Assembly: GCA_964617735.1 (NCBI GenBank) | Contig: CAZTXT010000001.1 | Location: 12,260-76,259 of the forward strand | Source: an uncultured Candidatus Saccharibacteria bacterium | Lineage (GTDB): Bacteria > Patescibacteriota > Minisyncoccia > Phycocordibacterales > DSPV01 | DNA length: 64,000 nucleotides | Direction: 5' to 3' | Shown here: piece by piece, positions 46,651 through 55,196 of the stretch | Position numbering within the stretch: position 1 is the stretch's first letter | Layout of the letters: each line of letters begins with the position of its first letter | Position numbers and translations under genes: made by a program | The notes under the pieces: model-generated | The model's database searches: none | The model's input: only the letters and a program-made list of their open reading frames with translations | What the model was told of the DNA's origin: nothing

Positions 46651-47814
46651 TTATCGTGAGAGCAAGAAATGCCGATAACTTAAATACGAGAGCGAACCGA
46701 AGGCGCAGAGGAAGAAGATACAGTATATCAAAAGTCCTAACTGCGGCACCAAAAAGATAACGCTAAGGCCGAGCATTCCCAGCACCGCATCCTGCCAGAG
46801 CACCACGGGCGGCAGCGGCTTACGCAGGAGATATTTCCGCACAACCCCGGCCAGAAGCACCCCCGCATAGACCTGTGAGATCAAAACCAGAAGCAACCAG
46901 CAGATCATCGCGATAACTGCGATGAGACTTCCGAACACCGTCAGCGCCACGATCAGGCTCGCAAACGGTACGGCAACGAAAACCGCCAACCCTAACGCTA
47001 GTCTCTTCCAGAAACCATCGAAAGCGATCTGTACGATGCTTATAGAGACGCGTCTGAAAACAAGTACGAAGAGAAGCGCCGCAGCGATGAGCACCAAGAA
47101 TTTGGTTATGAACAATACTCCAAAGAGCCCGGCGAAGAAACCATGGACATCGTGTGCGGAGAGCACGGGCGCAAGATAAGTGTATTCCGTTTTACCTTTT
47201 ACCACGGCGCCAGTATCGAGCTGCGCAGGTTCGGGGGAATGATAGATAAGATCTCCCCCGATGATCGCATGCGGTCCAAGATGCACCTTCCCCATCGAAT
47301 AGATGTGGACACTGCCGAGGATCTTTCCATCAATGAAAACTGCTCGACCGGCGACGTGCACGTCGCCGGAGATGTTGCCGAGGATATTGACGTTTCCGCC
47401 GGCAAGCAAGGCGTCACCCGAAACCGCTGAACCGGAAAGTAGCGAGAGAGACCCACCCGCGAGTGCTGCATCGCCGCCAATGGTGTTTGAGAGTGTTATC
47501 TGCCCTCCCGCCGCACGGACGTTCTCGCCTACGGCACCTAAGATCTCCACGGTACCGGCAGCCGCCAATACGTCGCGCGAAATCGGACCGGAAAGCGCGG
47601 CATGGCCACCTGCCGCCGCGACATCGCCTAAGACCGGCCCCGATATGAGCACGGTTCCCGCAGCCGCATAGAGATTATGCTCGACGCGCCCCGATGAAGG
47701 TAGCGCGTAGGTCTCTCCCCACACAAGCGTCGCTGCAGCAGCAGGCAGGGCAACCAGAAAGGACGTCACCGAGAGGGCCAAAAGAATAGAGGCTCTGGCG
47801 CGCACGATTTTCAT
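46651..47814 (-). CDS. bactofilin-repeat (DUF583-like) protein fused to a C-terminal polytopic membrane domain
   Basis: Signal/TM followed by ~8 repeats of the G(D/N)V.V.G...I.G pattern, then ~5 TM helices. Confidence 0.6.
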   Translation of the reverse strand: MKIVRARASILLALSVTSFLVALPAAAATLVWGETYALPSSGRVEHNLYAAAGTVLISGPVLGDVAAAGGHAALSGPISRDVLAAAGTVEILGAVGENVRAAGGQITLSNTIGGDAALAGGSLSLLSGSAVSGDALLAGGNVNILGNISGDVHVAGRAVFIDGKILGSVHIYSMGKVHLGPHAIIGGDLIYHSPEPAQLDTGAVVKGKTEYTYLAPVLSAHDVHGFFAGLFGVLFITKFLVLIAAALLFVLVFRRVSISIVQIAFDGFWKRLALGLAVFVAVPFASLIVALTVFGSLIAVIAMICWLLLVLISQVYAGVLLAGVVRKYLLRKPLPPVVLWQDAVLGMLGLSVIFLVPQLGLLIYCIFFLCAFGSLSYLSYRHFLLSR

Positions 47815-47861
47815 TGCCGCATTATAGCAAAAATGCCCTATTTTCACATTCGCAAAGGATG

Positions 47862-48317
47862 CTACGGCGCTGAAACAGCAGATATTTCTTGCGTTCGCAT
47901 CGCCAGCTGGGAGACGACCGCAATGACAGTGCTCGTGAGAGCGCTCCCCATGCAGTACACGCAGAGCGCATCGAGCACGAAGACCTGGAGGTAGACGAGG
48001 TAGAGCGTGAAGAGAAAAGCGGGAATGGAAATGATGCGGATGATCGTTATGAGCGATCGAGCGCGCCGGTCAAGATATGCGATCATCAGCACCAAAACCA
48101 AAAAATAGAAAGCGAAACCGAGCAGAGCGACGGGCACCGGACCGATCTTGGAATAGACGCTGGTAGTCACCGTATCGCAACCGGAGAAAAGGACGCAGGT
48201 GGGTGTCTCGCCTAAAAGCGCTTTCGCAGAGAGATAGGCGGTATCGGCGAAGCCGATGAAGCTGGCCAGTACAAGGGTCCACACGGCCCACTTAGGAACT
48301 CGTGGCGATGGCGGCAT
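47862..48317 (-). CDS. vitamin K epoxide reductase (VKOR) family protein
   Basis: Loop Cys pair CVLFSGC and active-site CVYC in TM4; 151 aa. Confidence 0.8.
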   Translation of the reverse strand: MPPSPRVPKWAVWTLVLASFIGFADTAYLSAKALLGETPTCVLFSGCDTVTTSVYSKIGPVPVALLGFAFYFLVLVLMIAYLDRRARSLITIIRIISIPAFLFTLYLVYLQVFVLDALCVYCMGSALTSTVIAVVSQLAMRTQEISAVSAP

Positions 48318-48969
48318 CGATCAGCTGTTTAAACTGTTCGTAACTCGAGGGATTCTGTAATCTCCTTCCGTTGAGGAAAAATGTCGGAGTTGAATTTATA
48401 TCAATGTTTATTCCTGCCGCATAGTCGCGGTCAACCCGATCTTTGACTTCAGTAGAAGCTGAATCGGCGCGGAATTGGATGAGATTGAGCCCCAGACGAG
48501 TTGCGTACGATTCGAATGTCTGCGGGGCGGTCGATTTTTCAGCCCAGTCACTCTGATTTTGGAAGAGGAGGCGGTACATCTCCCAGAATTTTCCCTGCTT
48601 CGCCGCCGCTTCTGCCGCGTAGGCCGCCGGTTTCGCTTGCAGATGCTGGGAGAGCGGGAAATGACGGTAGACGTAGCGCAGCGACTGCGCATGCTCGGAG
48701 ACGACTTGCTCGACCATCGGGAAATAGTACCCGCAGGCCGGACATTGAAAATCGCTGTACTCGATCAAGGTAGCAGGAGCGTTTGCTGGTCCCGATACAT
48801 GATCGTCAGCGGCGATAGGCGGGAGGTCTTTAACGATCGCGTTAGGATCCACCGTTGTGCCACTTCCAGGACTGGCGAGCTTGAAAACCCCGATGAGCAC
48901 GACCGTGATAATCAACGCCGCGCCCACCCACAATGCGATGCTTTTCCCCGAAATTTCGCTAGATTCCAT
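48292..48969 (-). CDS. DsbA-like thioredoxin-fold oxidoreductase, membrane-anchored
   Basis: CPAC active site in thioredoxin fold, N-terminal TM; translationally overlaps the VKOR gene. Confidence 0.8.
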   Translation of the reverse strand: MESSEISGKSIALWVGAALIITVVLIGVFKLASPGSGTTVDPNAIVKDLPPIAADDHVSGPANAPATLIEYSDFQCPACGYYFPMVEQVVSEHAQSLRYVYRHFPLSQHLQAKPAAYAAEAAAKQGKFWEMYRLLFQNQSDWAEKSTAPQTFESYATRLGLNLIQFRADSASTEVKDRVDRDYAAGINIDINSTPTFFLNGRRLQNPSSYEQFKQLIDAAIATSS

Positions 48970-49067
48970 CGTTATGTTGGATTAAACAATTAACGGCGGC
49001 ATTATAGCATAGATCGAATTCTTTGCTTCTTGGGCACATGTGCTCGAATGCAATGACAAAAATAAGA

Positions 49068-49099
49068 AAGCCCCTGGTGGAATTAATTCCACCAGGGGC
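49068..49099 (-). terminator. terminator hairpin (perfect 15+15 palindrome) downstream of the 146-aa gene
   Basis: GCCCCTGGTGGAATT/AATTCCACCAGGGGC, with a T-rich tract on the minus strand. Confidence 0.6.
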
Positions 49100-49125
49100 T
49101 TAGTGTAAGAGGTATTTCCTCGTTG

Positions 49126-49566
49126 CTAGAAACTCGCGGGCCCTTCCTCGAAACGCGATTGTTGATCGTAAAGGGTAATGTTGATCTTGACTCCGAAGGT
49201 TGATGACAGCTCTTCGGCCAATTGCTCGACCCGCCCCACGTTTCGGCGACCATACATTTTGAAAACCCAATTCTGCTCGGTGGCATAGAAGTTGGGCAAA
49301 CGACAGTCCCGGAAATAAATCGTGCCGAGAAAAAGCCGAGGGACCTTTCTTGGTATGAGACCGAACAGATATCTCTTCGGTCTCGCTTCAGGATCACTAG
49401 CTAAGATGTGCAGGGTGCTGCTCTCAATTAACTTCGGCACTATCGGGTTCACGTACCCAATGTTATTCGAGAGGTCATATCCTTTCGAGAGAAGGAATCT
49501 TCCGACTCTGATTGAAAGGGGTTCCTCATAGGTCACGCATTTCGCTCCGTCGCTCTTTGTCTTCAT
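49126..49566 (-). CDS. hypothetical protein (146 aa), co-oriented just downstream of tRNA-Arg
   Basis: Protein-like composition, own terminator; no family recognised. Confidence 0.45.
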   Translation of the reverse strand: MKTKSDGAKCVTYEEPLSIRVGRFLLSKGYDLSNNIGYVNPIVPKLIESSTLHILASDPEARPKRYLFGLIPRKVPRLFLGTIYFRDCRLPNFYATEQNWVFKMYGRRNVGRVEQLAEELSSTFGVKINITLYDQQSRFEEGPASF

Positions 49567-49680
49567 CGTCTGTTCCTTTCTGTGTTTACAAGGTGTTATA
49601 TCAAGTCATAGACTCGATCCTGCGCAACCGTACCATATTCAGTCGTATATATCAAGGGCTCCTTGAAATCGGGCTTCTTT

Positions 49681-49752
49681 TGCTCCCGGCAGGAATCGAA
49701 CCTGCATCTTCTCCTTCGGAGGGAGATGTCCTATCCATTGAACTACGGGAGC
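49681..49752 (-). tRNA. tRNA-Arg (anticodon CCG)
   Basis: Manual fold: acceptor GCTCCCG/CGGGAGC, D stem GTTC/GGAC, anticodon stem TCTCC/GGAGA with loop CU-CCG-AA, T arm GCAGG-TTCGATT-CCTGC, discriminator A; 72 nt, CCA not encoded. Confidence 0.85.
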
Positions 49753-49833
49753 AGTCGGTTACTAGAACTTACCACAAGCATAAAAAAATCGCACCAAGAG
49801 GCTCTTGGTGCGATTGTGTTTGGCAAAACGATA

Positions 49834-50424
49834 TTACGGTACGAGCCGCAGCCGATAGAACGCGATCGGCCGACCGGGTGTATCTGACCATTCGGGATAG
49901 AGGATCGTATTGGTCACCGTGCGATCCTTGCCCTCTCCGTAGATAGGCTGATTGGTCACCGCGAGCACATCGCCGTTCATACTCAAGAGCACGAACGATA
50001 CGCTTCCGGTCAACACTTGACCCGTCAGGTAATAGCGGCCGGACCACGGCCCATCAAGTGACTGCGCGGTTTCAAGCTCCAGAGAGAAGTTGGTCACTCC
50101 TTCCGGCAACTGTGGTATATCGCCTGCACTGGAGGCTTTTATCACAACCGGCGTATCGCAGACAAAGCTTTTCAGCTCGTTCGTCGGCGATGAAAGCAGT
50201 GTGAAGCCGCTTAGCTGCTGCCGGGAGAGCCAATCTCGAGGCAGTACTGCTTGCACCATATTGTTGGTGTTCGTTCCTCCTTCTGGAGGCGGTATCATTT
50301 TGCAGAGATTAAGAATGACCTTGATCGCCACACCGCCGATGATGATGACAAGCACCACCACCACGCAGACAAAGAACAGTGACGCTGCGAGCTGGTCCCG
50401 TTGCGGATTTCGTTTTATCTTCAT
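49834..50424 (-). CDS. hypothetical membrane-anchored protein
   Basis: N-terminal TM helix; beta-rich ectodomain; no motif. Confidence 0.5.
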   Translation of the reverse strand: MKIKRNPQRDQLAASLFFVCVVVVLVIIIGGVAIKVILNLCKMIPPPEGGTNTNNMVQAVLPRDWLSRQQLSGFTLLSSPTNELKSFVCDTPVVIKASSAGDIPQLPEGVTNFSLELETAQSLDGPWSGRYYLTGQVLTGSVSFVLLSMNGDVLAVTNQPIYGEGKDRTVTNTILYPEWSDTPGRPIAFYRLRLVP

Positions 50425-50427
50425 AGG

Positions 50428-50652
50428 TCACTCGAAGTTGAAGAGGCGGTACAGGCCGTGACTGATGCTCTGCACCAGTGGACGGTACGACTCGATGTTC
50501 ACGAGCATAATGAGAAGCCGTAGTAGAACCAAAAGCAGCGCCGCGATGATCAGAAGCTCTTGCCAAAGCTTCATGCCATTGAACGCCTTCAAGGGGTAAT
50601 GCTTAAAATCGCGCTCCCTGAAGGGCTCGCGTATCAGTTTTCGAACATTCAT
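50428..50652 (-). CDS. small hypothetical membrane protein
   Basis: Single TM helix, 74 aa, directly upstream of the 49834..50424 gene. Confidence 0.4.
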   Translation of the reverse strand: MNVRKLIREPFRERDFKHYPLKAFNGMKLWQELLIIAALLLVLLRLLIMLVNIESYRPLVQSISHGLYRLFNFE

Positions 50653-50751
50653 ACTTCCTTTCTTTAGAAGTTTTCCCCGAAAGACCTCTGACAGACGTTG
50701 TCAAAGACCCATCCCCATCTGCACAGTACTTAATATAGAGAAAATAGTCAA

Positions 50752-51168
50752 CTACTCGCGCGCCGTAAATCCCCTCCAGAGCATCTCTGAAATAAGGAAC
50801 GAGGCTGCGAAGAGGAGCGCGAGCTGGATCGTCGGTGAGAGTCCCGTGCCAAGCACAGGAATAAGCGGCATCGCCGGCGCGTAGCGCCAGCGTCCGGTAG
50901 CGAGCGCATATCGTTCGATGGCAACGGCGAGCACGAGCGCGCCAAGCATACCGATCCAAAGACGGCGGCGCAGAGAAGCGCTGATCAAAAAAGGAGCAGC
51001 GATGAGCGTAATGAAAATCGCATCGGCAAGCGTGGCGCGGGCAAGAACGCTATTCGTTATTGCGCCGCCTTTGTAGGAGAGATAGAGGACCGAATGCAGA
51101 TGCTCCCACATGAAATTGAGCGCGAAGGAAAGCGCGAAGATCGTGCTGAGTTTTTTGATGATCACCAC
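50752..51168 (-). CDS. hypothetical polytopic membrane protein
   Basis: Four hydrophobic segments; 138 aa. Confidence 0.5.
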   Translation of the reverse strand: MVIIKKLSTIFALSFALNFMWEHLHSVLYLSYKGGAITNSVLARATLADAIFITLIAAPFLISASLRRRLWIGMLGALVLAVAIERYALATGRWRYAPAMPLIPVLGTGLSPTIQLALLFAASFLISEMLWRGFTARE

Positions 51169-51854
51169 GGCAGCCTCTCCCCGTTATACCAAAAACCTCC
51201 CGTCTCGGGCCTTCCCGACGCGAATGCAAAGATATGCGCCGCAGCCTCTTCGGCCGTAACGTCTGCATCATCCCCACCCATATCGGTCTTAACCCAACCC
51301 GGGTGCACCGATGAGATGATGATGTCCTTTCCTTCATGCTGCATCCGAAGTGCAAGTGTGCACGTGTACATGTTGAGCGCAGCTTTGGATATCTTGTAGG
51401 CAGGATACCGATATGGAGCGTGCGAATGCTCGAAATGTTTCATTTCACCCAAAGATCCCGCCGTCGACGAGATATTGATGATATGTCCACCCAAAGCGAC
51501 GATGGGCAGCATCCGCTCCGTGAAATCGATGGTCCCGATCAGATTGACCTCCAGGGTCTTGCGCAACTTATCGATCGTTACGGCTGTTTCGTCGTCATCC
51601 AAAAGTACCGCTGCATTGTTGATGAGCACATCGATCGTCTTGCCATCGCGAGCAATAGTCCGCGCGCATCCGGCGATGCTCTCCGAAGAAGAAAGTTCGA
51701 GTTGATACACCGTCAAACGCTCGTGGGAAAGACCTACAGAGCCCGTCGTCGCAGTCCCGAGCACCGCAAAACCTTCATTCAAAAATTTCTCGGCAAGCGC
51801 TTGACCGATACCCTTGCCGATGCCGGTGATAAGCACTGACTTCATGCGAGACAT
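51162..51854 (-). CDS. short-chain dehydrogenase/reductase (SDR) family oxidoreductase
   Basis: TGIGKGIG Rossmann motif, NNAAV, catalytic YxxxK (YKISK). Confidence 0.85.
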   Translation of the reverse strand: MSRMKSVLITGIGKGIGQALAEKFLNEGFAVLGTATTGSVGLSHERLTVYQLELSSSESIAGCARTIARDGKTIDVLINNAAVLLDDDETAVTIDKLRKTLEVNLIGTIDFTERMLPIVALGGHIINISSTAGSLGEMKHFEHSHAPYRYPAYKISKAALNMYTCTLALRMQHEGKDIIISSVHPGWVKTDMGGDDADVTAEEAAAHIFAFASGRPETGGFWYNGERLPW

Positions 51855-51866
51855 TGTAGCACACGC

Positions 51867-52349
51867 TCAAACCGCTGATCGCGCCGCTTTCACAAGCCTG
51901 TATTCGTGATAGACGAGATAGATGACGATGATATCGAAGACGGTCAACACTACCAGGAAGAGTGAGTGCGTGTAGGTAAAACGGATGCTTTGATACACGA
52001 TGAAAACACCCAAAAAGAAAAGGGATGCAGGATATGCCCACAATTTGTCGCGCAAAAGCCCCCAGACCAGAAACGCCTTGATCAGTCCATGGCCTATCAG
52101 GTAGAGGGCCGCGAACCACTGCCCATGCAGAGAAAAATACGGAAGTACTTTGCTGATCTGCGTTGCAAAGAAATCGGTGGGATCTTCGATGAGCTCCGAT
52201 TGCACCAAAGAATATACGAGACGCGTGGCCTGCGCGGTGAACAAGAGCAGCACCCCCGAGCCGATTTGGACCAGAGCGCTCAATCCTTTAAGGACGACGC
52301 TGAAGACAAAAAACTGATGGATCCTTTTCTCCGCGATCCTGGTATTCAT
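51867..52349 (-). CDS. hypothetical membrane protein
   Basis: Four TM helices; 160 aa. Confidence 0.5.
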   Translation of the reverse strand: MNTRIAEKRIHQFFVFSVVLKGLSALVQIGSGVLLLFTAQATRLVYSLVQSELIEDPTDFFATQISKVLPYFSLHGQWFAALYLIGHGLIKAFLVWGLLRDKLWAYPASLFFLGVFIVYQSIRFTYTHSLFLVVLTVFDIIVIYLVYHEYRLVKAARSAV

Positions 52350-52360
52350 AGCATCAAAAG

Positions 52361-52855
52361 TTATAAACCCCGCATGAGCGTCTCGCGCAGGCGATTGATA
52401 TCGGTCTTGTGTTTCATGCGCGCAAGCTCTTTGTCATCGTGAGGATCGAGGCCGAGATGGTCATGTATCTCATCGAGCATATTGAGAATCCGCGTGATCT
52501 CTTCTTCGGCTTGGATGTTCACGATGAAATCAAGCTCTTGCCGCAAGCTTGCGACCTTGCTCGAACGATTCTGGCTGATCAGAACGATGACGCTTAAAAA
52601 TATCGCTTCGAGCGATACGATCATGGTGAGTAAGCCGAACGGAAAGCGATCGAAGGGTGCAACACCGGGAAGGAAACCGAGATTGACGAGAAGCCAGAGA
52701 ATGAAGAATACGGTATTGACGAGTAAGAACTCCACCGTGCCGAAAGAAGAGGTGAGAGCATCCGCGAGCTTCTCGCTCCAGCTTCTATTGCGATTGATTT
52801 TCTCTTCCAATCGCATGACCATTTTCTGGCTGGGTAGTAGATCTTTATGTTCCAT
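52361..52855 (-). CDS. hypothetical membrane protein with C-terminal coiled-coil/charged domain
   Basis: Two TM helices then a soluble charged tail; 164 aa. Confidence 0.5.
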   Translation of the reverse strand: MEHKDLLPSQKMVMRLEEKINRNRSWSEKLADALTSSFGTVEFLLVNTVFFILWLLVNLGFLPGVAPFDRFPFGLLTMIVSLEAIFLSVIVLISQNRSSKVASLRQELDFIVNIQAEEEITRILNMLDEIHDHLGLDPHDDKELARMKHKTDINRLRETLMRGL

Positions 52856-52952
52856 AGCGCAATGATAGCACGAAAAGAATGCGGATCACGATCTGGTCGC
52901 GGGCCCACTTATGCGATGATCGGTATCATCACGTGCACCGCGCTCGGAAACG

Positions 52953-53231
52953 TTACTGCAGCGGCAACTGATGATTCTGCGTCTCCAGGATTTTTTTTAC
53001 TCGCTCGGCCGCTTGGATGGCATTCTCTGCCGTACTCGTTCCCGCTCCTGCGGGAACATTCACCGGAGAAAATGAGCTCTGCAAGCTTTTCGCCAAAATG
53101 ATCGCGGCAAGCGCGGCAACGACCAGCACTGCGATGATGCCGACAAACCCGCTATCCCTCTTTCTCACGACCATACCGTTATCCATAGAATCTTTTCCCA
53201 TAATGGGGAGGCATGTGGGATTCGCACCCAC
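52953..53231 (-). CDS. small hypothetical membrane-anchored protein
   Basis: One TM helix; 92 aa. Confidence 0.35.
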   Translation of the reverse strand: MGANPTCLPIMGKDSMDNGMVVRKRDSGFVGIIAVLVVAALAAIILAKSLQSSFSPVNVPAGAGTSTAENAIQAAERVKKILETQNHQLPLQ

Positions 53232-53374
53232 GATAACAGATCCACAGTCTGTTGTGTTACTACTACACCAATGCCTCCATGCTGACCTTTGATATTATAG
53301 TCTCTGCGCCGAAAAATCTAGTTCACTTACGAATGCTCCGAATTGCAGGGGATTTTTCTGTAGCCCGCATCGCA

Positions 53375-53405
53375 AAAGAAAAACCCGACCACATACGGAT
53401 CGGGC
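53375..53405 (-). terminator. rho-independent terminator downstream of the 53423..53734 gene
   Basis: CCCGA...TCGGG hairpin followed on the minus strand by TTTTTCTTTT. Confidence 0.5.
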
Positions 53406-53422
53406 TTTTGCATCTCGGAGAG

Positions 53423-53734
53423 TTAAGAACCTTTCGGTATCTGCCGATCTCCCGTGACCTTTTGAATAAGCACAAAGGTCTGCGGGAATTTCTTGGAGAC
53501 CCTCTCGGCCAGAACAAATTCGTTCTTGTCTTGGTCGATAACCTTTCCCCCAGAGATCGCGACAAACCAATCCAGATATCTCACGAGAAGATTCGGCAGC
53601 AGTTCTTGAAATGCCTCGAACTCGCGGTCGATCCCAACTTGCATTTTCTCGTTCCATTCTTCGACCTGCTCTGCTGATACGGTGCTATTCGCATTCATAA
53701 GACTCCTTTCCTTTTTCAGCAGGCCACGCGCCAA
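53423..53734 (-). CDS. hypothetical protein
   Basis: Protein-like composition; 103 aa; own terminator. Confidence 0.4.
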   Translation of the reverse strand: MARGLLKKERSLMNANSTVSAEQVEEWNEKMQVGIDREFEAFQELLPNLLVRYLDWFVAISGGKVIDQDKNEFVLAERVSKKFPQTFVLIQKVTGDRQIPKGS

Positions 53735-54169
53735 TCGGACGCGAGATGAATGTTTGTAACCTGCTGAACTGGAACCCAGTATAATCTAGGCGAATGCAAG
53801 CTGCAAACACCGTCGCGTCAAAACAGCCCCCTCTGCTTTGAAGCAAAAAGGGGGGGGGATTTGGTTTTGAAACCACCGGCACACCCATGCCAGCGGAGTA
53901 CGAATCTTAATCCAAACTATAAATCATAGTACTATAGAGAGTTCTAAATAAATAATTCTTCTGGAAACTCCCGCCATGCTGTGCGCTTGGTTTAGTATCT
54001 AAAGTGTCGAATGTAATTACATCTTCAAAAATGACAGCTAAAGCCAAAGCACTGTGGGAGATAGAGGTTGTCGATGAAAGACCCAAGGAAAAGTTGAGAA
54101 GATCAATTGACAACAAAATTCCTCGGTATGATTCCGAGGAATTTCGGTGAGTTGATGCGGATATCTTGG

Positions 54170-54439
54170 TCAACGAGTAGCTTTGCGTGATGTGATAGCT
54201 ACCACGACCCACTCAAAGAGAAGTACTGTACTCCAGAGAGAACCGAGAAATCGAATCAGCTCATTCTTGGACGTCATTGCAAAGAACACAATTATCATGC
54301 CCGCAACGACACCGGCGAACATGAAACTTCTGGGCAAATCTTTTTTGCCCGATGCAATTGCCTTCATACTAGGAGCCTTTCGTTTTGTGACGGAATTGGG
54401 TTCCTTGTACATTTGATAGAACCCAAGAGTGGAAGACAA
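54170..54439 (-). CDS. small hypothetical membrane protein
   Basis: Two TM helices; 89 aa. Confidence 0.4.
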   Translation of the reverse strand: MSSTLGFYQMYKEPNSVTKRKAPSMKAIASGKKDLPRSFMFAGVVAGMIIVFFAMTSKNELIRFLGSLWSTVLLFEWVVVAITSRKATR

Positions 54440-54505
54440 TCCACTTCATTTCTTAATCCACTGTAAATTATACAGGAGCAAGCACTTATATCGCAACGTC
54501 CAATC

Positions 54506-54589
54506 TGGTGCGCGGGAGAGGACTTGCACCTCCACGCCTTGCGGCATACGCCCCTCAAGCGTACGTGTCTGCTGTTTCACCACCCGCGC
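54506..54589 (-). tRNA. tRNA-Leu (anticodon GAG), long variable arm, CCA encoded, atypical T-loop
   Basis: Manual fold: acceptor GCGCGGG/CCCGCGC, 3-bp D stem, anticodon stem TACGC/GCGTA with loop UU-GAG-GG, variable arm GCC-GCAA-GGC, T arm GGAGG-TGCAAGT-CCTCT, discriminator A plus CCA; 84 nt. Confidence 0.6.
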
Positions 54590-54638
54590 ATAAACCTGGC
54601 CTATTATGCCAAACTATCTCAAAGTTACAACTTAAAAA

Positions 54639-54657
54639 GAGCCCTACGGCTCTTTTT
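54639..54657 (-). terminator. rho-independent terminator at the 3' end of rplS
   Basis: GAGCC-ctac-GGCTC hairpin flanked by A5 and T5. Confidence 0.65.
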
Positions 54658-55135
54658 ATTCTTCGACTTCAGGCTCGGCGGTAGTCTCTGCGATGATTGC
54701 TTCAGGGGATACGGGAGAGAGAGTCTCGGCGTGAGCGACATGCAACTCACTTTTCATCTGCTTGCGGATCTCTTTCGCCGCTTTTTCACGGATATGATAG
54801 AGCTTGGCGCGACGGACGCGGGCGCGTCGGACAATCTCGATCGTATCGATCAAAGGCGAGTAAAGCGGGAAAATACGCTCAACGCCGACACCATCGAGTA
54901 CTGTCCGTACAGTAAACGACGCTCCAGCTTCGGTTCCGTGTTTGACGGAAAGCACCAGTCCTTCAAAGGCTTGTAGGCGCACGCGCTCTTTTTCTTCTTT
55001 CTTTTTCCCCTTCCCTTCCGCGGCAGCCTTCTCGACGACTTTAACCGTGACGCGCACGGTGTCGCCCGCGCGAATGCCGAGGTTCCTGCGCTCGTCCATA
55101 TTGACCGGAGAGATTGTGATATTCCCGTGTTTCAT
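54656..55135 (-). CDS. rplS: 50S ribosomal protein L19 with acidic C-terminal extension
   Basis: GDTVRVTVKV...FEGLVLSVKHG...TVRTVLDGVGVERIFPLYSP...RRAKLYHIRE matches L19; start at MKHGNITISP. Confidence 0.9.
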   Translation of the reverse strand: MKHGNITISPVNMDERRNLGIRAGDTVRVTVKVVEKAAAEGKGKKKEEKERVRLQAFEGLVLSVKHGTEAGASFTVRTVLDGVGVERIFPLYSPLIDTIEIVRRARVRRAKLYHIREKAAKEIRKQMKSELHVAHAETLSPVSPEAIIAETTAEPEVEE

Positions 55136-55196
55136 TGGATTTGTGTAGGCGGTAAATTTAGCATACCCCCCGATAACACGCAACCGCTAGAGAGTG

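Noticed and set aside
53252-53677. Overlapping 141-aa (+) and 120-aa (−) ORFs
   Set aside because: Both overlap the better-supported minus-strand 103-aa gene (53423..53734) and its terminator; compositionally poor.
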